From Camelus ferus (lineage: Eukaryota), in NCBI RefSeq assembly GCF_009834535.1, contig NC_045705.1:66402001-66466000 (forward strand): 64,000 nt of DNA, written 5' to 3'. The position numbers were made by a program, and so were the translations under genes. The notes under the pieces are model-generated. The model made no database searches and was not told the origin of the DNA. It worked only from the letters and a program-made list of their open reading frames with translations. This document shows positions 1 through 17,429 of the stretch, in pieces (position 1 is the first letter of the stretch; each line of letters opens with the position of its first letter).

Positions 1-1638
1 GGGATAGGATCCTGCACCAGTCTCGGCCCTTTAACTCTCTTGTAGTCCAGCTGATTTGTGGGTAGAGGTGTGCTGATTCTTCTCCTGAAGCTGCTGTTGA
101 AACTCCTGAGTCATTGCCAGCCCTGCAGTCATCTCAAAGTGAGACCCCCAAGCCTCATTCATAATCTCAGGGGCTCCTTTCTCTCATTCCCACCTTCCCC
201 AAAGACAGTCTTTGGGGGCCTCCCTTCTCACAGACCTCCAGACACTTTCTACAGAGGAGATCCTCTGCAACCTGCCTCTAGTTAGCTACCCAGTGTCCAA
301 TTACACCAGGTGACCTTCCTGTTCTTCAAACTCAATCCATGTGGTCCAATCACAGTGCCTTTGCCCAGAAGTTCCCTCCACCTGAAGTGCCCTTCCCCTC
401 CATATCCACTTATTTAAAACCTAGATAAATCCTTTAAGAGTCAGTTCAACTTGTGTCTCTCAGGGCGATAAAGGGAACAGAGTCCTGACCCGGCTTGGGG
501 AGGAGGCTGGAGGCCAGATTCTAGGCTTCCTCTCTGTACAGTGGTTTGTCATTCTCCACTTCTACCTTTATCTTCACAATGCCAAACACAGTACTTGCAT
601 ATAGAAGGCACACAATAAACATCTGTGACCAGTAAGTAAAAAATAAATGGATGAAACTCTGGGTCAGTCCTTTCCTCTATCATTTCTGTTACCCCATCTT
701 TAAATGGGTAGGGATATTGAACCAAATGGTCTATGTGTTGCTCTTTGGGGAAAAAAAATCACGAAACAAAACAAAACCCACCTAGCTTTGCAGCTGCCTA
801 TGTCCTACCCACTGATTGTCTACCTTGGGGGCTAGGCCCTGACCCAGGGGCAGATGTGATGATCTGAGGCTCCTAAGGACCAGGGAGCAGCACTGGGTCC
901 ACCGGTACCTGGGAGGGAGTCCTCTCGTGCAGGACAAATCCTGCATGATGAATGTGCATTGAACCCAACACTTTTCCATCCCCATTTCTCAGGTGGGAAA
1001 ACTGAGGTTTGGGGTGCAGCGTGCCAACTCAAGGCCACAAAGCCTAGGGCTCGGGTGTCCTGGCCTCCTGTTTGCCTGCTGTATGTGGAGTCCAGCGCCT
1101 CTGTCAAGCCGATGAGACTCACCACACCTTTCAGGGCTGTAAATGCCACCTCTACCACAAGGGAGGCTTCAGGGGTGGGGTCTAGGTGGGCTTAGGCCTG
1201 GACTTACTCCTCAAAGATGAGACCCCGCGGATCCCTACCCATCTATGAGTTCCCTCTCCTCATTTTACTGCAGGGATAACTCAGGCCCCAGAGAGCAAGG
1301 ACTCGTCCAAGGTCGCAAGCTAGAGTGCGGCAGGAGGGGAACCCAGGCGTCCGTCCGCCCAGCCAGGGTTTCTGGGGGCGGGTGCCGCGCCCGTGGTGCC
1401 AGGCGCTGCCAGCGGAGCCGCGGGTGCCTCGGGGGCGGGGTCAGCAGAGGGCGGGGCGCCGGGCACCGCTGCCGCCAACGCCGTCGCCGCCGCCGCCGCG
1501 CTCGGGCTCGAGCTCCGCGCACTCCCTCCGCGGCCGCTGAGCCGAGCGGACGCCCTTCGGGGCCGCGCCGCAGCCCTCCGCGTTCCCCTCTATCATGCCC
1601 CGGGCCCGGGCGGCGGCCGCCCAAGCAGCCAGGACACC

Positions 1639-5313
<3,675 letters not shown>

Positions 5314-6432
5314 GACCCACGTGGCCCCCTGAGTGGCCCTCTCCCCACCGCCCCACCACCGGCTTTGATGCCTGAGTACTTGTTGTCCAAAACAGGAGGG
5401 AAAACAGACCAGCACACAATGGGTGGGGGTGGGGGTAGAGCCCTTAAACAGACTAACATGCAGTGATTGTGGTCATTTTGGGGGCAAATGGACACCACCG
5501 AAGTTGAGTCTATGAACCGTCCCAGCATGGCTCCCTCTCCACCACCACCGCCATGTTCCACCCCCTGTGATGGCAGACGATCTAGCTTGGGGGCCTCTCA
5601 GGCAGGGCAGGGAAGGAAGTTTCCAGAAAGCTTGGGAAGGGGGAGGAGTCCTGGGGACAGCTGTTTTCTGCAGCAGAGGGCTGCCTGTGGACTCTTCCCT
5701 GAATGGCTGAGGCCACATTGGGAGCCCTCGGGCAACCCAGAAGCACAAATTGGTGGTTTGGGGCTGTGCCGAGCTTGGCTGGCATCCACGAACCTGAAGA
5801 ACTATGGCAACACCGCGGCCTCAGCCCCACTACCCTCCCAAAGTCCCCATCCTCCTTCCCTGACAGGCCCCTCCTGGCCTGCCCTCTGGCCTCTGCTCAG
5901 GGCCAGTCCCTGATCAGACCCTGTGGTGCAGCTGCTCTACTGGGAGCCTGGTTCTTGTAGCACAGCCTTGCCCCCTCCGCCGCCCACCGTTTCCCCTGGT
6001 ACACCCTCTGCCACATCCAGTTACCCCTGTAACCCAGGGTTCCTTCTCATGGCCCCACCTCAATTCCATATGCTCTGGTCTCTGCTTCTGCCCTCTGAAG
6101 TCCACGTCTGCCTCTTGTCAGCCACGCACACACCCTCCGGGCTATGTCCTCTCATTGTCCCACCCCGCCCCGACCTCTCTGCTCTTCGCCTTCCTGATGA
6201 CCCACGGGGCTCAGGGCTACAGGGCATCTGAGGGGCCTCAGTCTGAGCCACAGCCTCTTGGACGATGCCTTTGTTCTTCCATGGAGGTCCCAGCTTCCCC
6301 CATAGGTGGGGCCTGGCCCAGGGGACACCATCCCTCCCCCAGGGAGGAGAGAATAGTCTCTTCCCTTCCAACTGGGGCTTCAACCCCTCTCAGGGGCCGG
6401 TGGGGGAGGGAGGAGGGAGAAGATGCAGATAA

Positions 6433-6438
6433 AATAAA
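6433..6438 (+). terminator. Candidate polyadenylation signal of TMEM151A
   Basis: AATAAA about 1.1 kb downstream of the stop codon. Confidence 0.55.
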
Positions 6439-7689
6439 AGGTATGAAATGGAAGGTCTTCTCATGTGCATTCCTGGGTGGTAGGTTCAAGGCCACCACAA
6501 GAATCGCAATGGGCCATGCTGGGTCTGGGAGGGGATGCAGGTGGGGCTGCACCCAGGAGAGGGTGAGCTGAGGGGGAACCTCCCTGCCCGGCCTGGGATC
6601 TCTGAGACTCAGGTTTGAGTTGTTCTGAGCAACTGTTTCCAACAGACTGGTATCCAACTGACTTGTATCTGGGTCACTTCTAAGGCACTGTCCCAGTGGT
6701 GCCTCTTCCAGCCCAGTAGGGGTTTCTATTCTTCTGCTGGGTGTGCCAAGGGCTAAGGGAGTGTGGTTGGTCCCCAGAGTGGGAAGAAAGAGGTGTGGTC
6801 TGTGGCACAAATTCAGTTCCCCTGATGGCTATTGGTGTTATCGATCGGGAGTGGGGGGGGATGGACACTGAGCAGTTTAGAGGACTCAAAGCTGGAAACA
6901 GCCAGCCCCAGATCAAGCCATGGGGTCTGAAGACAGAAGAGGGCAAAGGAAGGGCCTCACTCACTGATGGGGCTAGAGAGATCCTTGGACGTGACATAGT
7001 CACATGTACAGCTGTGTGGGGTGTTCACTGTGCAAGGGGCCAGTGTGGGTGGAATCCCACCAGTGGGCCACTCCTCAAGGTGTGACACAGAGCTCCACCC
7101 ACCTGACTAAAGAGCACCCTTTTCTAATCCATGCAGAGGCACCGAAGGGCCAGTAGTGGCCCCAGAAGAGTGTTGAGAATGGGTGTGATTCCTCCTAGCA
7201 GAGGCAGGACAGAGGGTGTTCTGTGCAGCAGCCGCTGCCTGCACCAAGGCTTGGATGCAGGGCATGAAGAAAAGCATGACAATGAGGCAGAAGAAGAGCT
7301 ACAGAAGAGTTGGCTGAGGCTTTCAACACCAATCCCCAGAATTTGCCCTTCTACTGGGGGAACCTGGAGCAAACTGGAGCCATGGAAGGTGGTTGAGCGG
7401 GGAAGTGATAAGCTCAGGGCTGCATCTTAGGATTTTTAGCGAAAGTCCAGCAGCCTGCTGGCCACGTAGGGAGGGTGGAATTAGAGACCAGAGCCTTCCC
7501 TGTGCACCAGCCCATGGCCTCACAGGCCGTGAAGTCAATCCTTTGTTCAGATGCAACTTAGGTGGAAAACTCCACGGTGCTCAAACATTCAAGGAGGCTG
7601 CAGCAGGCGGGGGCCAATGTATGGCTCCAGCTTCTCCCCATGGGGAAGATTTCCCTCTTCCATCGTCCTTCTCTATCACCGCTCCAGCC

Positions 7690-9390
7690 ATTATCCATCT
7701 CCTCCCCTCCTCAATACCAGAATCCCAGTATTTTAGGTGGTGATGAGCCCAGCTCAAAGTCAACATTTCCAGCCTCCTTTGCGCATATGGTGTGGCTTTG
7801 TGACTTAATTTTAAGGTATGAGATATGAGTAGAACATGTTGGAAGGGATTTCTACAAATGCTCCTTGAAATAGAAATGATACTGGTGAGGGCTAGTTCTG
7901 TCCTTTCTGCTTCATTTTGCATTCAGCTTGGAATGCAGATGTGATGGTTGGAACTCCAGTAGCTACCCTGGATGAGGAGGTGACCTTGAGAATTGTTGCC
8001 TTGTGCTGAGGATAGTAGAACAGTAAGATAAAAGACCCTGAGCTTCTGATGACACCACCATAGGTGTGCCCATATCATCCCTGGGTTCCCTACTTCCAGA
8101 CTCTCTCAGTGACAAAGAGAAATAAACTGTTAGTTTGTTTAAGCCACTGTTTGTTCTTGTCTCTATTACCAGCAGCCTATATTATTATCTACTGCTGCAT
8201 AACAAATTACCCCACAACTTAGTGGCTTAAACCAGCAATAACCATTATTATCTCTCCTGCTTTCTGTGGGTCAAGAATTCAGACATGGCACAGAGGATGG
8301 TTTATCCCTGTTCTGTGATGTTCACGGCCTCTCCTGGAAGAATTGAAGGCCGGGAGTGGAATAATCCGAAGGCTCGTTCACTCACACACCTGGCAGTTGA
8401 CGCTGGCTGAGGGCTGAGGGCTGAGGGCCTAACTAGGGCTACCGGCTGAAACCCCCAAAGAGGGCCTCTCCGTGTGGGTTGGGCCTCCTCACAACTTGTC
8501 TAGGTTTCAAGGACAAGTGTACCAAGAGGGTGGAGGCTGCATTGTCCTTTGTGATCTAGCTCTGGAAGTCTCATACATCCCTTCTGCCCCTTTCTGTTGG
8601 TTAAATCTATTACAGAGGTCCACCCAGTTTCAAGGGGAGGGAACATAAGACCCCACCTCTCGATGGAGGCTTGTCAACATCACATTGAGATTAGCACAGT
8701 GGGATGGGAGATACATTAGTGGCCACGTTCAGAAATGTAACAAGCCAAATGCCATTCCTAACCGATCAACATCTGCAAAAAGATGAACACCGGCTGTTTT
8801 ATGATGCTTGTTTGAGGGAAGAAGTTGGTGGTATGTCACATGTGGGGGCAGAATGACATGTTTTGGTCATTTACTGGGGCCCTCAGGCTGATAGTAGATT
8901 AAATACGACCACAAATTCTTTGTAGCTCCTCCCCTCAAGAGGCAGAATCTATTTCCCCATTCTTTGGCTGGCTTGGTGACTTGCTTTGACCTGTAAAACA
9001 TGGTAGAGGTGAGGCTGCGCAGCTGTGGAGGCCAGGCCACAGGAGGACTTGCAGTTTCTACCTCTGCTCTCTCGCAGCCCCAAGACCACCATGCTGTGAA
9101 GGTGCCCGGCCTAACCTCCAGACAGATGAGAGGTCACATGTGCGAGAACTCAGGCCCCAGCCAAGAGCCAACAACAGCTTCCAGGTACCAGAGTGAGGCC
9201 ATCTTGGACACGCCAGGCCCAGCGGGGCCACAGATGACTGTGGCCGCAAGAGTGACCCCCAGGTGAGACTAGCAGACAAACCACCAAGCTGATCCCGAAG
9301 CCCAAATTGCTGACCTACTGAATGGTGAGAAATAAGAAAATCCTTGTTGTTTTGGAGTGGTTTGTTACATGCAATGGAGAGCTGTTACAA
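7690..9390. mobile_element. Cluster of about three MaLR (MLT1-type) solo LTRs
   Basis: About 7690-8175 (+), 8178-8700 (-) and 8885-9390 (+). MLT1 3' motif taagccact...ttgtta; the tail-to-tail ends give the 11-bp inverted repeat at 8138-8148 / 8221-8231. Confidence 0.65.
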
Positions 9391-10589
9391 GGCTCTGAAC
9401 CCACTTCCACCTCATGACTGAGGGTCACTGGGTCTTCACAGCCAGGTGGAACCAGAAACCCCAGTGTGTGCTGAACAGCTCCCATCTCCTGGTCCTTGTC
9501 TCTTGTTCACGTGTTTGGTGTCTATTCGAACAAGGTTGCTCCATTGTAACGACTGAGGAAGAGGGCAGAGCCTGGCCCCCAAATCCCAGAGGCCTCTGCC
9601 CCTGCCCTCCCACCGAGGCCTGACAGGGCTCCGCCCAGCACGGCCGAAACAGGGTGCCTGATTTCCACCCTCACCCAACCCCACTCCTCTCTGTCTTTGC
9701 TATCTCAGTAGTGTCACCACTGCTGCTTAAACCAGGCACTTACAGAGCAATCATCTTCTTCCTCTTCTTTGTTTTTTTTTTAAACTTTATATTATGTACA
9801 ACTTCAAACACCACAAAAGTAGAGAGATTGGAGCAAAGAGGCCCTTTGTCTTCAGTACCCAGCACTGTGGCCATTGCCCACCGAGACCACCCTTATTCCA
9901 CCCCCATCCACCCCCGCTCCTCACCTCTCTAGCTGAAGTATTTTGAAGATCTAGAAGTTGTCGCATATGATCCATAAACAGCTCCTTCACCCCTACATGA
10001 AATCTACACCCAAGATTCTGCCTACAACACATCTCTCTAGATACCCCCCAGTCCTCTTCCCCACAAGCCACCACTTTGCTCCAGGCCCCCAGGGGCCCTC
10101 CTCCAGTGACAACCTTGAACTCTCACTTCCTCGCATCCCTTCCAGCCCATGCAGAATCACCTTAAAATCTAAACCAAATCGCATCTCCACCTCACTTAAA
10201 ATATACCAGTGCCTCAAGTAAAATCCAGACTCCTGCCCTGGCCCTCAGACCCCTGTGAGGTCTGCAAACGTCCCCAAGCTCCCTCTGCCTTTCAGAGCCC
10301 CAGCCACAGTGCCTGATCCTACAACAAGCCAAGCCCCTCCCCACTCGAGGTCTCTGCAGATGCTGTCCACCTCCTGAGCCCTCTTCCTCCCCAGCTCTTC
10401 CTGAGACCCCTGCACTGCTCTGTCTGAAGCCATCCACTCACCTACCTCAGCTCCCTTTGCATTTTCTTTCTGCCACTCACTGTAGTGGCAATTATTTTTA
10501 TTTATATATAGATGAGGTTATTATTTGTTTCTCCTATTGGAACTAAAGCTTTGGGAGGCAAATGGTCACAGGTGCAGATCTTTTAGTTG

Positions 10590-10800
10590 GACAGAGATCC
10601 AGCTCTGCCACTACGACCCGAGTGGCCTGGAGCAAGTTACTTAACCTCTCAGCTACAAAACAGTGGATAATAATAGAATCTGCTGACTTCAGGGGTTGTC
10701 ATAAGGATTAAGTAAGATAATAGACCACCAGGCTTAAAACAGGGTTTCCAACATAGTAAGTGCTCAGTAAACTTAGCTATCATCATCATTTGTACTATTA
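10590..10800 (+). mobile_element. MIR
   Basis: gagcaagttacttaacctctc...gataataatag...gtaagtgctcagtaaac. Confidence 0.7.
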
Positions 10801-10828
10801 CAATTATTAATTATAAACAGGCACTCCA

Positions 10829-10971
10829 GGGGAGAGGGTATAGTTCAAGTGGTAAAGCGCATGCTTAGCATGCATGAGGTCCCGGGTTCAATCCCCAATA
10901 CGTCCTCCAAAAATAAACAAATCTAATTAACTCCCCCTGCCAAAACAAAATAACTAAATAAAAATATAAAC
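10829..10971 (+). mobile_element. tRNA-Ala-derived SINE (resembles camelid Vic-1), full length with TSD
   Basis: tRNA-Ala(AGC)-like head with A and B boxes, A-rich tail, and a perfect 14-bp target-site duplication AAACAGGCACTCCA at 10815-10828 and 10972-10985. Family name recalled, not searched. Confidence 0.85.
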
Positions 10972-10988
10972 AAACAGGCACTCCATAC

Positions 10989-11010
10989 CACACACACACA
11001 CACACACACA
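10989..11010 (+). repeat. (CA)11 microsatellite
   Basis: Direct reading; it lies next to the SINE TSD. Confidence 0.95.
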
Positions 11011-12478
11011 CCAGCAGGCAGCAAGCACGGTGCCTGGCACACAATAGCTGTCCAGTGAATACATGTTAAGTAAATGATTCCTCACTCCTACCAACACCTC
11101 CGAGGTTACTGGGGCTAAAGTCCTGAGGATGGGCTGGTGGCCCACCTTATCCTGTGGCCCAGACCAGCCAAAGGAGTTTGCATCACTCAGCCTCACTTTA
11201 CAATTAATGAGCTGAGAAGGGCACCCAGGGAAGTGTCGGCTGCTTCTTCCATCCAGAGCCACCCATGAGGTTTTGAGTCTCCTCTGTAGATCTGGACCCA
11301 GGACTACTGGGCACCTAGAGCTTCCCCAGGGTGGCAGGCCCCTGCACTTCTCGTGAGTTTCATCTTCCCTGTTAGGGCACACATGCTGCCCTCTGTCCTC
11401 CAGAGCCCGTGAGCATGAAGTCATTGCTGAGGTGGCTGGAAAGGACAAGAACACATCCCTGAGTCAGGGTGGGGAAGGTGTGATGCTACCCTGCTGGGTG
11501 AAGGCAAAAAGCTCCTGGGAGTCAGATTCAGCAGGATCAAAGAATGGAGTGGCCAGATTGATAACTGCACACCAAGTGCCACATTACTTCTGCTCCAAGG
11601 AGGAGTTTCTGTCCAGAATGTCAGTTGAGACCACAATCGGCTAGTTTTCCATAACCCATGGTTACACGCAGAAAAACAGATGTAGTGTTCTTCTTTTTGG
11701 CTGCTGTTTTAAAACTTATAAAATGAAACTAACCAAAATAAAAATACTGATTTTTTTTCAGTAGAAGAGTTTCAATTTGTGTTATAAATCACAGTGTGTT
11801 ATAAAAGACTGCATTAAGGTAAAGATTAATATTTTAATAAAGATCAAGTTCAAATCTCTAAAAAAAAAAACCTTATAAAACGAACATAAGATCATTGAAA
11901 ACTTCAGACACTATGGACATTTATGAAGTTAGGAGACAGAACTCCCCCAGCGCACGGTGTGATTTGCTCAGTCTATTTCCCAGGCTCGCTGGGAAAGCAA
12001 AGGGTGGGGCGTGAAGGATTAACCAGTGAGGGTGGCAGCGCTGGTGGTTTCTGGGATCCCCAGCCATGGGTAGAATGGAAACTCCAATCTCTATCTTCAA
12101 CTTGGGCCTCTGGCTTGAATTCTGGATTCAGGCATTCAGGTGCCTCCTTGAGCAGCCCACTTGGGTGACCTCCAAACATGGCAAGCTCAGCGGATCCCAC
12201 ACTGACCATACCATCCACCTCCCCAAAGTGGCTTCTTCTCCCACGTCTCTTCCTCCATGAATGGCATCACTGGGGAGCCAAATCCAGCAGCCACTGTCCC
12301 CGCTTCCTCACATTCAGCCGGCCATTGGGTCCCATCCAAACTCACTCACCAGCCACTTCTCAGTTTTGCTGTCTGCTCCCATCCCAACTCTGCCTCTGCC
12401 TTGTCCAGGTCACCACCCTCTCCAGCCTGGGCCAGGGTCCTGCGTGGTCTCACTTTATGTAATCCTTTTCTCCCCTAG

Positions 12479-13215
12479 TTTTATTGGGATATAATTGGCA
12501 TACAGCACTGTATACGTTTAAGGTGTACGACATAATGATTGAACTTACTACATTAAAGAAATAGAAAAAAATTTTGGGGGGGGAAAGGTAGAGCTCCATG
12601 GTAGAGCACATGCTTAGCATGCATGAGGTCCTGGGTTCAATCCCCAGTACATCCATTTAAAAAACAATTTTAAAAAATCAATAAACCTAATTACCTCCCC
12701 CCAAAGAGATAAGTAAAAAAAATTAAAATTAAAAAAATTAAAAAACAAAACAAAACATTTTCTCCCTGTGATGAGAACTCTTAGGGTTTATTCTCTTAAC
12801 AGCTTTCACTTATAATGTACAGCTGGGTTAACTGTCTTCGTCATGTTGTACATTACACCCTAGAACTTATTTATCTCGTACCTAGACATTCGTACCTTTT
12901 GACTACATTCATCAATTCCCCCTCCTCCCACTCCCCACCTCTGATAGTCACAAATCTGATCTTTTTTATGAGTTTGTCTGTGAAGTATAATTGACCTACA
13001 ACACTATGTTATTTCCTGATACACAATAGTGATTCAATATTTCTATACATTTCAAAATAATTAGCATGCTAAGTCGTCATCTGTCACATACAAAAATATT
13101 ACATAACTATTGACTATTTTCCCCACACTGTACATTTCATACCCGGCACTCATTTATGTCATTAATTGAAGGTTTGTACCTCTTAATCTCCCCCACCTAT
13201 TTCTCTCCCCTCCCA
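12479..13215 (-). mobile_element. L1 3' end fragment (L1MA9-like)
   Basis: ttttattgggatataattggcatacagcactgtat...gtgatgagaactcttagg...; typical antisense L1 3' UTR. Subfamily tentative. Confidence 0.7.
12576..12755 (+). mobile_element. Second tRNA-Ala-derived SINE, inserted in an L1 3' fragment
   Basis: Same head (catgcttagcatgcatgaggtcctgggttcaatcccc) and tail motif (aataaacctaattacctcccccc) as the copy at 10829. Confidence 0.85.
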
Positions 13216-14421
13216 CCCGACTCCTTACCGTATGTATTTTTGCTAATCCCCTGTCTGGTTACTCTTGGAGCCCTGATCTCCTGTGGAGTCTCCGATGCAT
13301 AGTTGAGTCTTGATAAATACTGAATAAGTGAGTGAATAGTTTGTTGTTTTAGTGGTCAGAGGTTCCACTTGACCCTTCCCCCTGTAATAGCCCTTGTTCC
13401 CATGGGGTTACGGGGCTCTGTGTGTGTGTCGAACTGTCTGAAATTACACACATAGGAACCAGGACAACAGCCCGAGGTGGGTCCTCTGTGAGCAAGTTCT
13501 GCAGTGGAGGAAGAAAATAAAATCTACTCTTTTATTATTTCCTTATTAGTGAGAGAAACAGCCACTTAGAAGTTGCCTGCTGCTTTAAACCAGCTGATGG
13601 GTCTGTAATCAGGAGCCGTCCCCTCCTCTTCAACCAACAAAATTGCAGGCCCGTGATCCAACAAAGGCCAAGTGGATGATCCTTACTCAGAATGTAAGTT
13701 TTAGGCAAAGTCTCAAATATTCTGAGAGTGGCTGGGAACTAGCATCCGGCAGTGGCCTGATCACGCTGCTCCCCGTCCCTGCTTCAGCCTCCCAAACTTC
13801 CTCAATGTCTGCTTGTTTCCAGGTCTGACTTTCAACCCACATTAACTGCACAGCTCCCAGTGTTCTACCAAAGATTCCCTTTTATTTTGCTTGCCATCGA
13901 AAGATGCTGATTGGCTGGAGGCCAAGAAGCCCCTGTGAGGCAAACACTTGATACCTCTTCTCCTTTAGGAGTTTAAAGTGATTAAATAGCCCCAGGTGGC
14001 GGGAGATGGACCTGAACTGAGATCAGATGTCAGGAAAGAACCTCAAGGGCCCCCCAAGAGGTGGAAGCTAGACACAAATTCAGTACCAGGGTCTGGATGC
14101 TTCCTGGATGAGGACCAAAGCTGGAAACGCCTCCTGACCCAGCCCCTCACTCCAGTGGCTGTGACAGCTGTGGCAGCACACTGTCCCCTCTAGCCCCATG
14201 GCCACATGACCAGGAATGACTGTTGTGTGATAATCAGCAGCAACATCACCTCTCTCAGCTGTCCGGATAGCAGCACAAAGCGGCTGACAACCTCTCACTA
14301 ATAAACTAATAAACTATTAAGCCGACAATAAAAAGAAAATCTTATCATCTGTCTTACTGGGCTCTTCACAGCAGAGTTTGCTTGCTTCTCACATCAACCT
14401 AGAACCATCTTCCGTCCCTAA

Positions 14422-14580
14422 GTGTGGTTGGCAGAATAATGGCCCCAAGTATGTCCACATCTTAATCCCCAGAACTTGTGAGTATGTTGCCTTACATGGA
14501 AAAGGGGATTTGCGGTTGTGATTATGGTTAAGGTCCATGAAATGGGGGAGATTAGTATCCTGGAAGATCCAGGTGGAGCA
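14422..14580 (+). mobile_element. MLT1 LTR 5' fragment
   Basis: tgtggttggcagaataatggcccc...ttaatccccagaacttgtgagtatgttgccttacatgg, an MLT1C/D-like start. Confidence 0.65.
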
Positions 14581-15229
14581 TTGACCTCAACTAGTCCTTC
14601 CAGGGCTTCTTTAATCAGCCTGTTTCCAATGGCCCCTGAGAATGGAGAATCTCTGGGAACCGGTGAAACATCAGTCTGTGGGTTGGGGAGCTAACAGGTG
14701 GGATAGACTGATTTTACCATCCCTTTCTCCTAAAGCCTTGGAATTCTTTCCTCTGCATTATTCCAAGGAGGTCTGACTCCTCCTGGGTGACCCAGTGCCA
14801 ATTCGGGGCTGGAGTGAGCCCTGTGAAAAAAGCTGCTGTCCAGATGCCTGCATTAGAGCAAGAAAATCCAGCCTCCCCTTAGGCCCTCCAAGACCATCCA
14901 CACATCGAGACCTAAATATTTACTTTCTGCTGCCTGGTAGTGCAGCCCCCGAATCCAGATTTGGTTGTGCTCCACAACCTTCTGTCGTTCATCTTGGGTG
15001 TGCAATCGTCTTCTTAAATTGATTTTGCCCACACACACTGGCCCATTTTGTTTCCATTTTCCACCTCTCATTAGCTACCAGGGGCCAATCCTAGCAATGG
15101 AGTAGAGCAAGGGGGAAGGAAGGGGTTATAGGCACCCCTCAATCTCGTACTTTCTTCCCAGTCCCTGTAGGTATCCTCCATCAGAAGCCTGGCATCTAAC
15201 AAGCTCCTTCCCTTGATGTAGGGCCCCAT

Positions 15230-15763
15230 GTACTGCAGCAAACTCATAGGGTCGCCATGAAATACTATAAAACTTTGATAATATTAAAAACACAGAGATA
15301 CTGGGGATATTTCAGACAACTGGCAAGCTGCTAGCTTGAGGGAGTTCACAGTTTCAACATCAGATTGGACTGCTTTCCTTTCGATGATGTAATATCTTTG
15401 CACAGCTGGATTTTTGGCACCTACCATGATAAAAAGCAAGTACCGCAGGGAAAGCCAATGTGGAACAGGAAATGAAGGTGACGAGGTCCAACCTGATTCC
15501 AAGTTTTGAGAAGGGATGCACATACCCCATGAGCAAGTGACTGTGGTCATTTAAGAATAAAATAAAATATCTTTGTGTCTTTCAATGTATGCATTCTCAA
15601 ATGACTACTGAAGTATTAAAACACAAGTACTTCTTATGTTGTTTGAACCTAACTGTGTATTAAATTGAACTGTTGGCTAATTTTTTCTTGACCAAGGGAT
15701 GCCGTGAAAAAAAATCACTGAGACACTCAGGATGTGGTGAACTGACAGTGTTTGGGAACCTCT
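15230..15763. mobile_element. hAT-Charlie DNA transposon fragment
   Basis: aatgtggaacaggaaatga...ctgattccaagttttgagaag and the terminus gtttgggaacctctg resemble Charlie elements. Subfamily not determined. Confidence 0.55.
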
Positions 15764-17429
15764 GTGACAAGGACTCGGTGGGTGTGGCATGTCAGTTTCT
15801 GCAGATTCGGCTCTTCTGTGATCAGTTTCTGCACTCCCATCCTCAAGGCTAAAGCAGACAGCACTTCCTGAAGCAGGTTCATTCAGCCACCCGGAAGGTC
15901 TTCATTGGCTTCCAGCTAGAAACCTTTCTCTCCTCATAGAGTCCTTTCCCCTCTCCAACAGATTATCGTGACTATAATGAGTATTGTAGTCTGCCAATTT
16001 TTCAAATGAGGAGTGGTTAGGGAACCTCCCTAAGGTCTCCAGCGTTCAAGTAGTGGAGCTGGAGTCAAAGCAAGGCTGTCTAGTGCAGGGTGCCTGGTCT
16101 TAACCACTGCTAGTTGGTCTCCTGGTGAGAAATCCCCAAACTCACTAAAACCACGCTAAAGCATGGCCACTGTCAGGGACCCTAAAGCTACTTCTGGTCT
16201 GGGCCCCTTATCTAGATTCCATGAGGTTACAGGCAGTGCCTCACTTAGCATCATCCTCCACCAAAACCACAACACCTGACCATAAGTAAGGCTTCACCTG
16301 CCCCCCCCACCCCAATCACAGTGTGATCATCCTGGGAGCCCACATCTTGCAGCCTCACCCCTAAACTCAAGTTCCCTGGGAGGTGGGCATTTTCTGATCA
16401 GAGACATGGCTATCATTATGGACTGGCTCTGCTCTAGGAGCAAAGATCACAGAATCTACCTGGGTTCAAACCTCCACTTACTAACTTGGTCAAATAGAAC
16501 AGATGGCTTAACACAGGCAAGTGCCTTCAGCTTCCTCATCCATAAATTGTGGTAAAAACAGCACTTTGTGGAGACTGTTTTGGTTCTTAAATGGTCTTTA
16601 AATTTTATGGTTCTTAAAATGTTCTTAAATGTAAAGCCCTTAGAATTGAACTAGACTTATAATGAGTTCTGCAAGCACCTACTATTATTTTCATTATTAT
16701 TTGGCACCAAGCCTCGCTCCCATTCATAGAGGCCAGGGCACCAGAGCTAGAATCTCCTCGAGGAGGCATCTCACTCCCCAAGCCCGAGTTTGTCAGGGGT
16801 GGCTCTGAAGTGCTGGCACCTGAGCTCAGTAGGTGTGAGTTCTGCCCCCCTTAACTTTAGCTCCCCAGTCTGTCCCAGTAATGTTTGAAGAACATTTTAT
16901 TGAGTTCCTAGCACTGAACTACAGTCTCCTGGAGACCCTGTCTAGTGTGGAAGTGAGCAGGCTAATATGCTCAAATGTAGTGATGAGCGCTGATATGGAG
17001 GTCAGCCCTGAGATTAATCTGACTCCAAAAACTGTGACTCTCCAATTCCAGTTGAGGACCTCTGAACACAAACCCACTCCCTCCCGCCAAACACACAACC
17101 CTAGGAAAGACGTCCACACTTTGGAGCACCAGCTGGGAGAAGGGAGGACCCAGCACTAACAATTCTTGGCCCCCAGGTGACAGGCTGTGCTTTTGCCCCT
17201 GGGAAACAGGATTCAAAAGGAAGATTCAGCAAAAGTCCCACCAGCTGCTGTAAAGACTGGCAGGGACCGCCTCAGCTTGATGGCCTGTGTGAAGCCCCCT
17301 TGGGGTCTTCCAAATACGACGAAGGGCACCTGCGAGCACATCTGTTGTGTTTTTGCCGGCAGGGGGTGCTCAGCATGTATTTGAATAACACAAACATTTA
17401 ATAAATTGTGGAACTATTCATTGAGCCCT

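Noticed and set aside
10829-10910. tRNA-Ala(AGC)-like cloverleaf, also at 12576
   Set aside because: The A-rich tail, TSD, second copy and mispaired acceptor stem show a SINE, not a tRNA gene.
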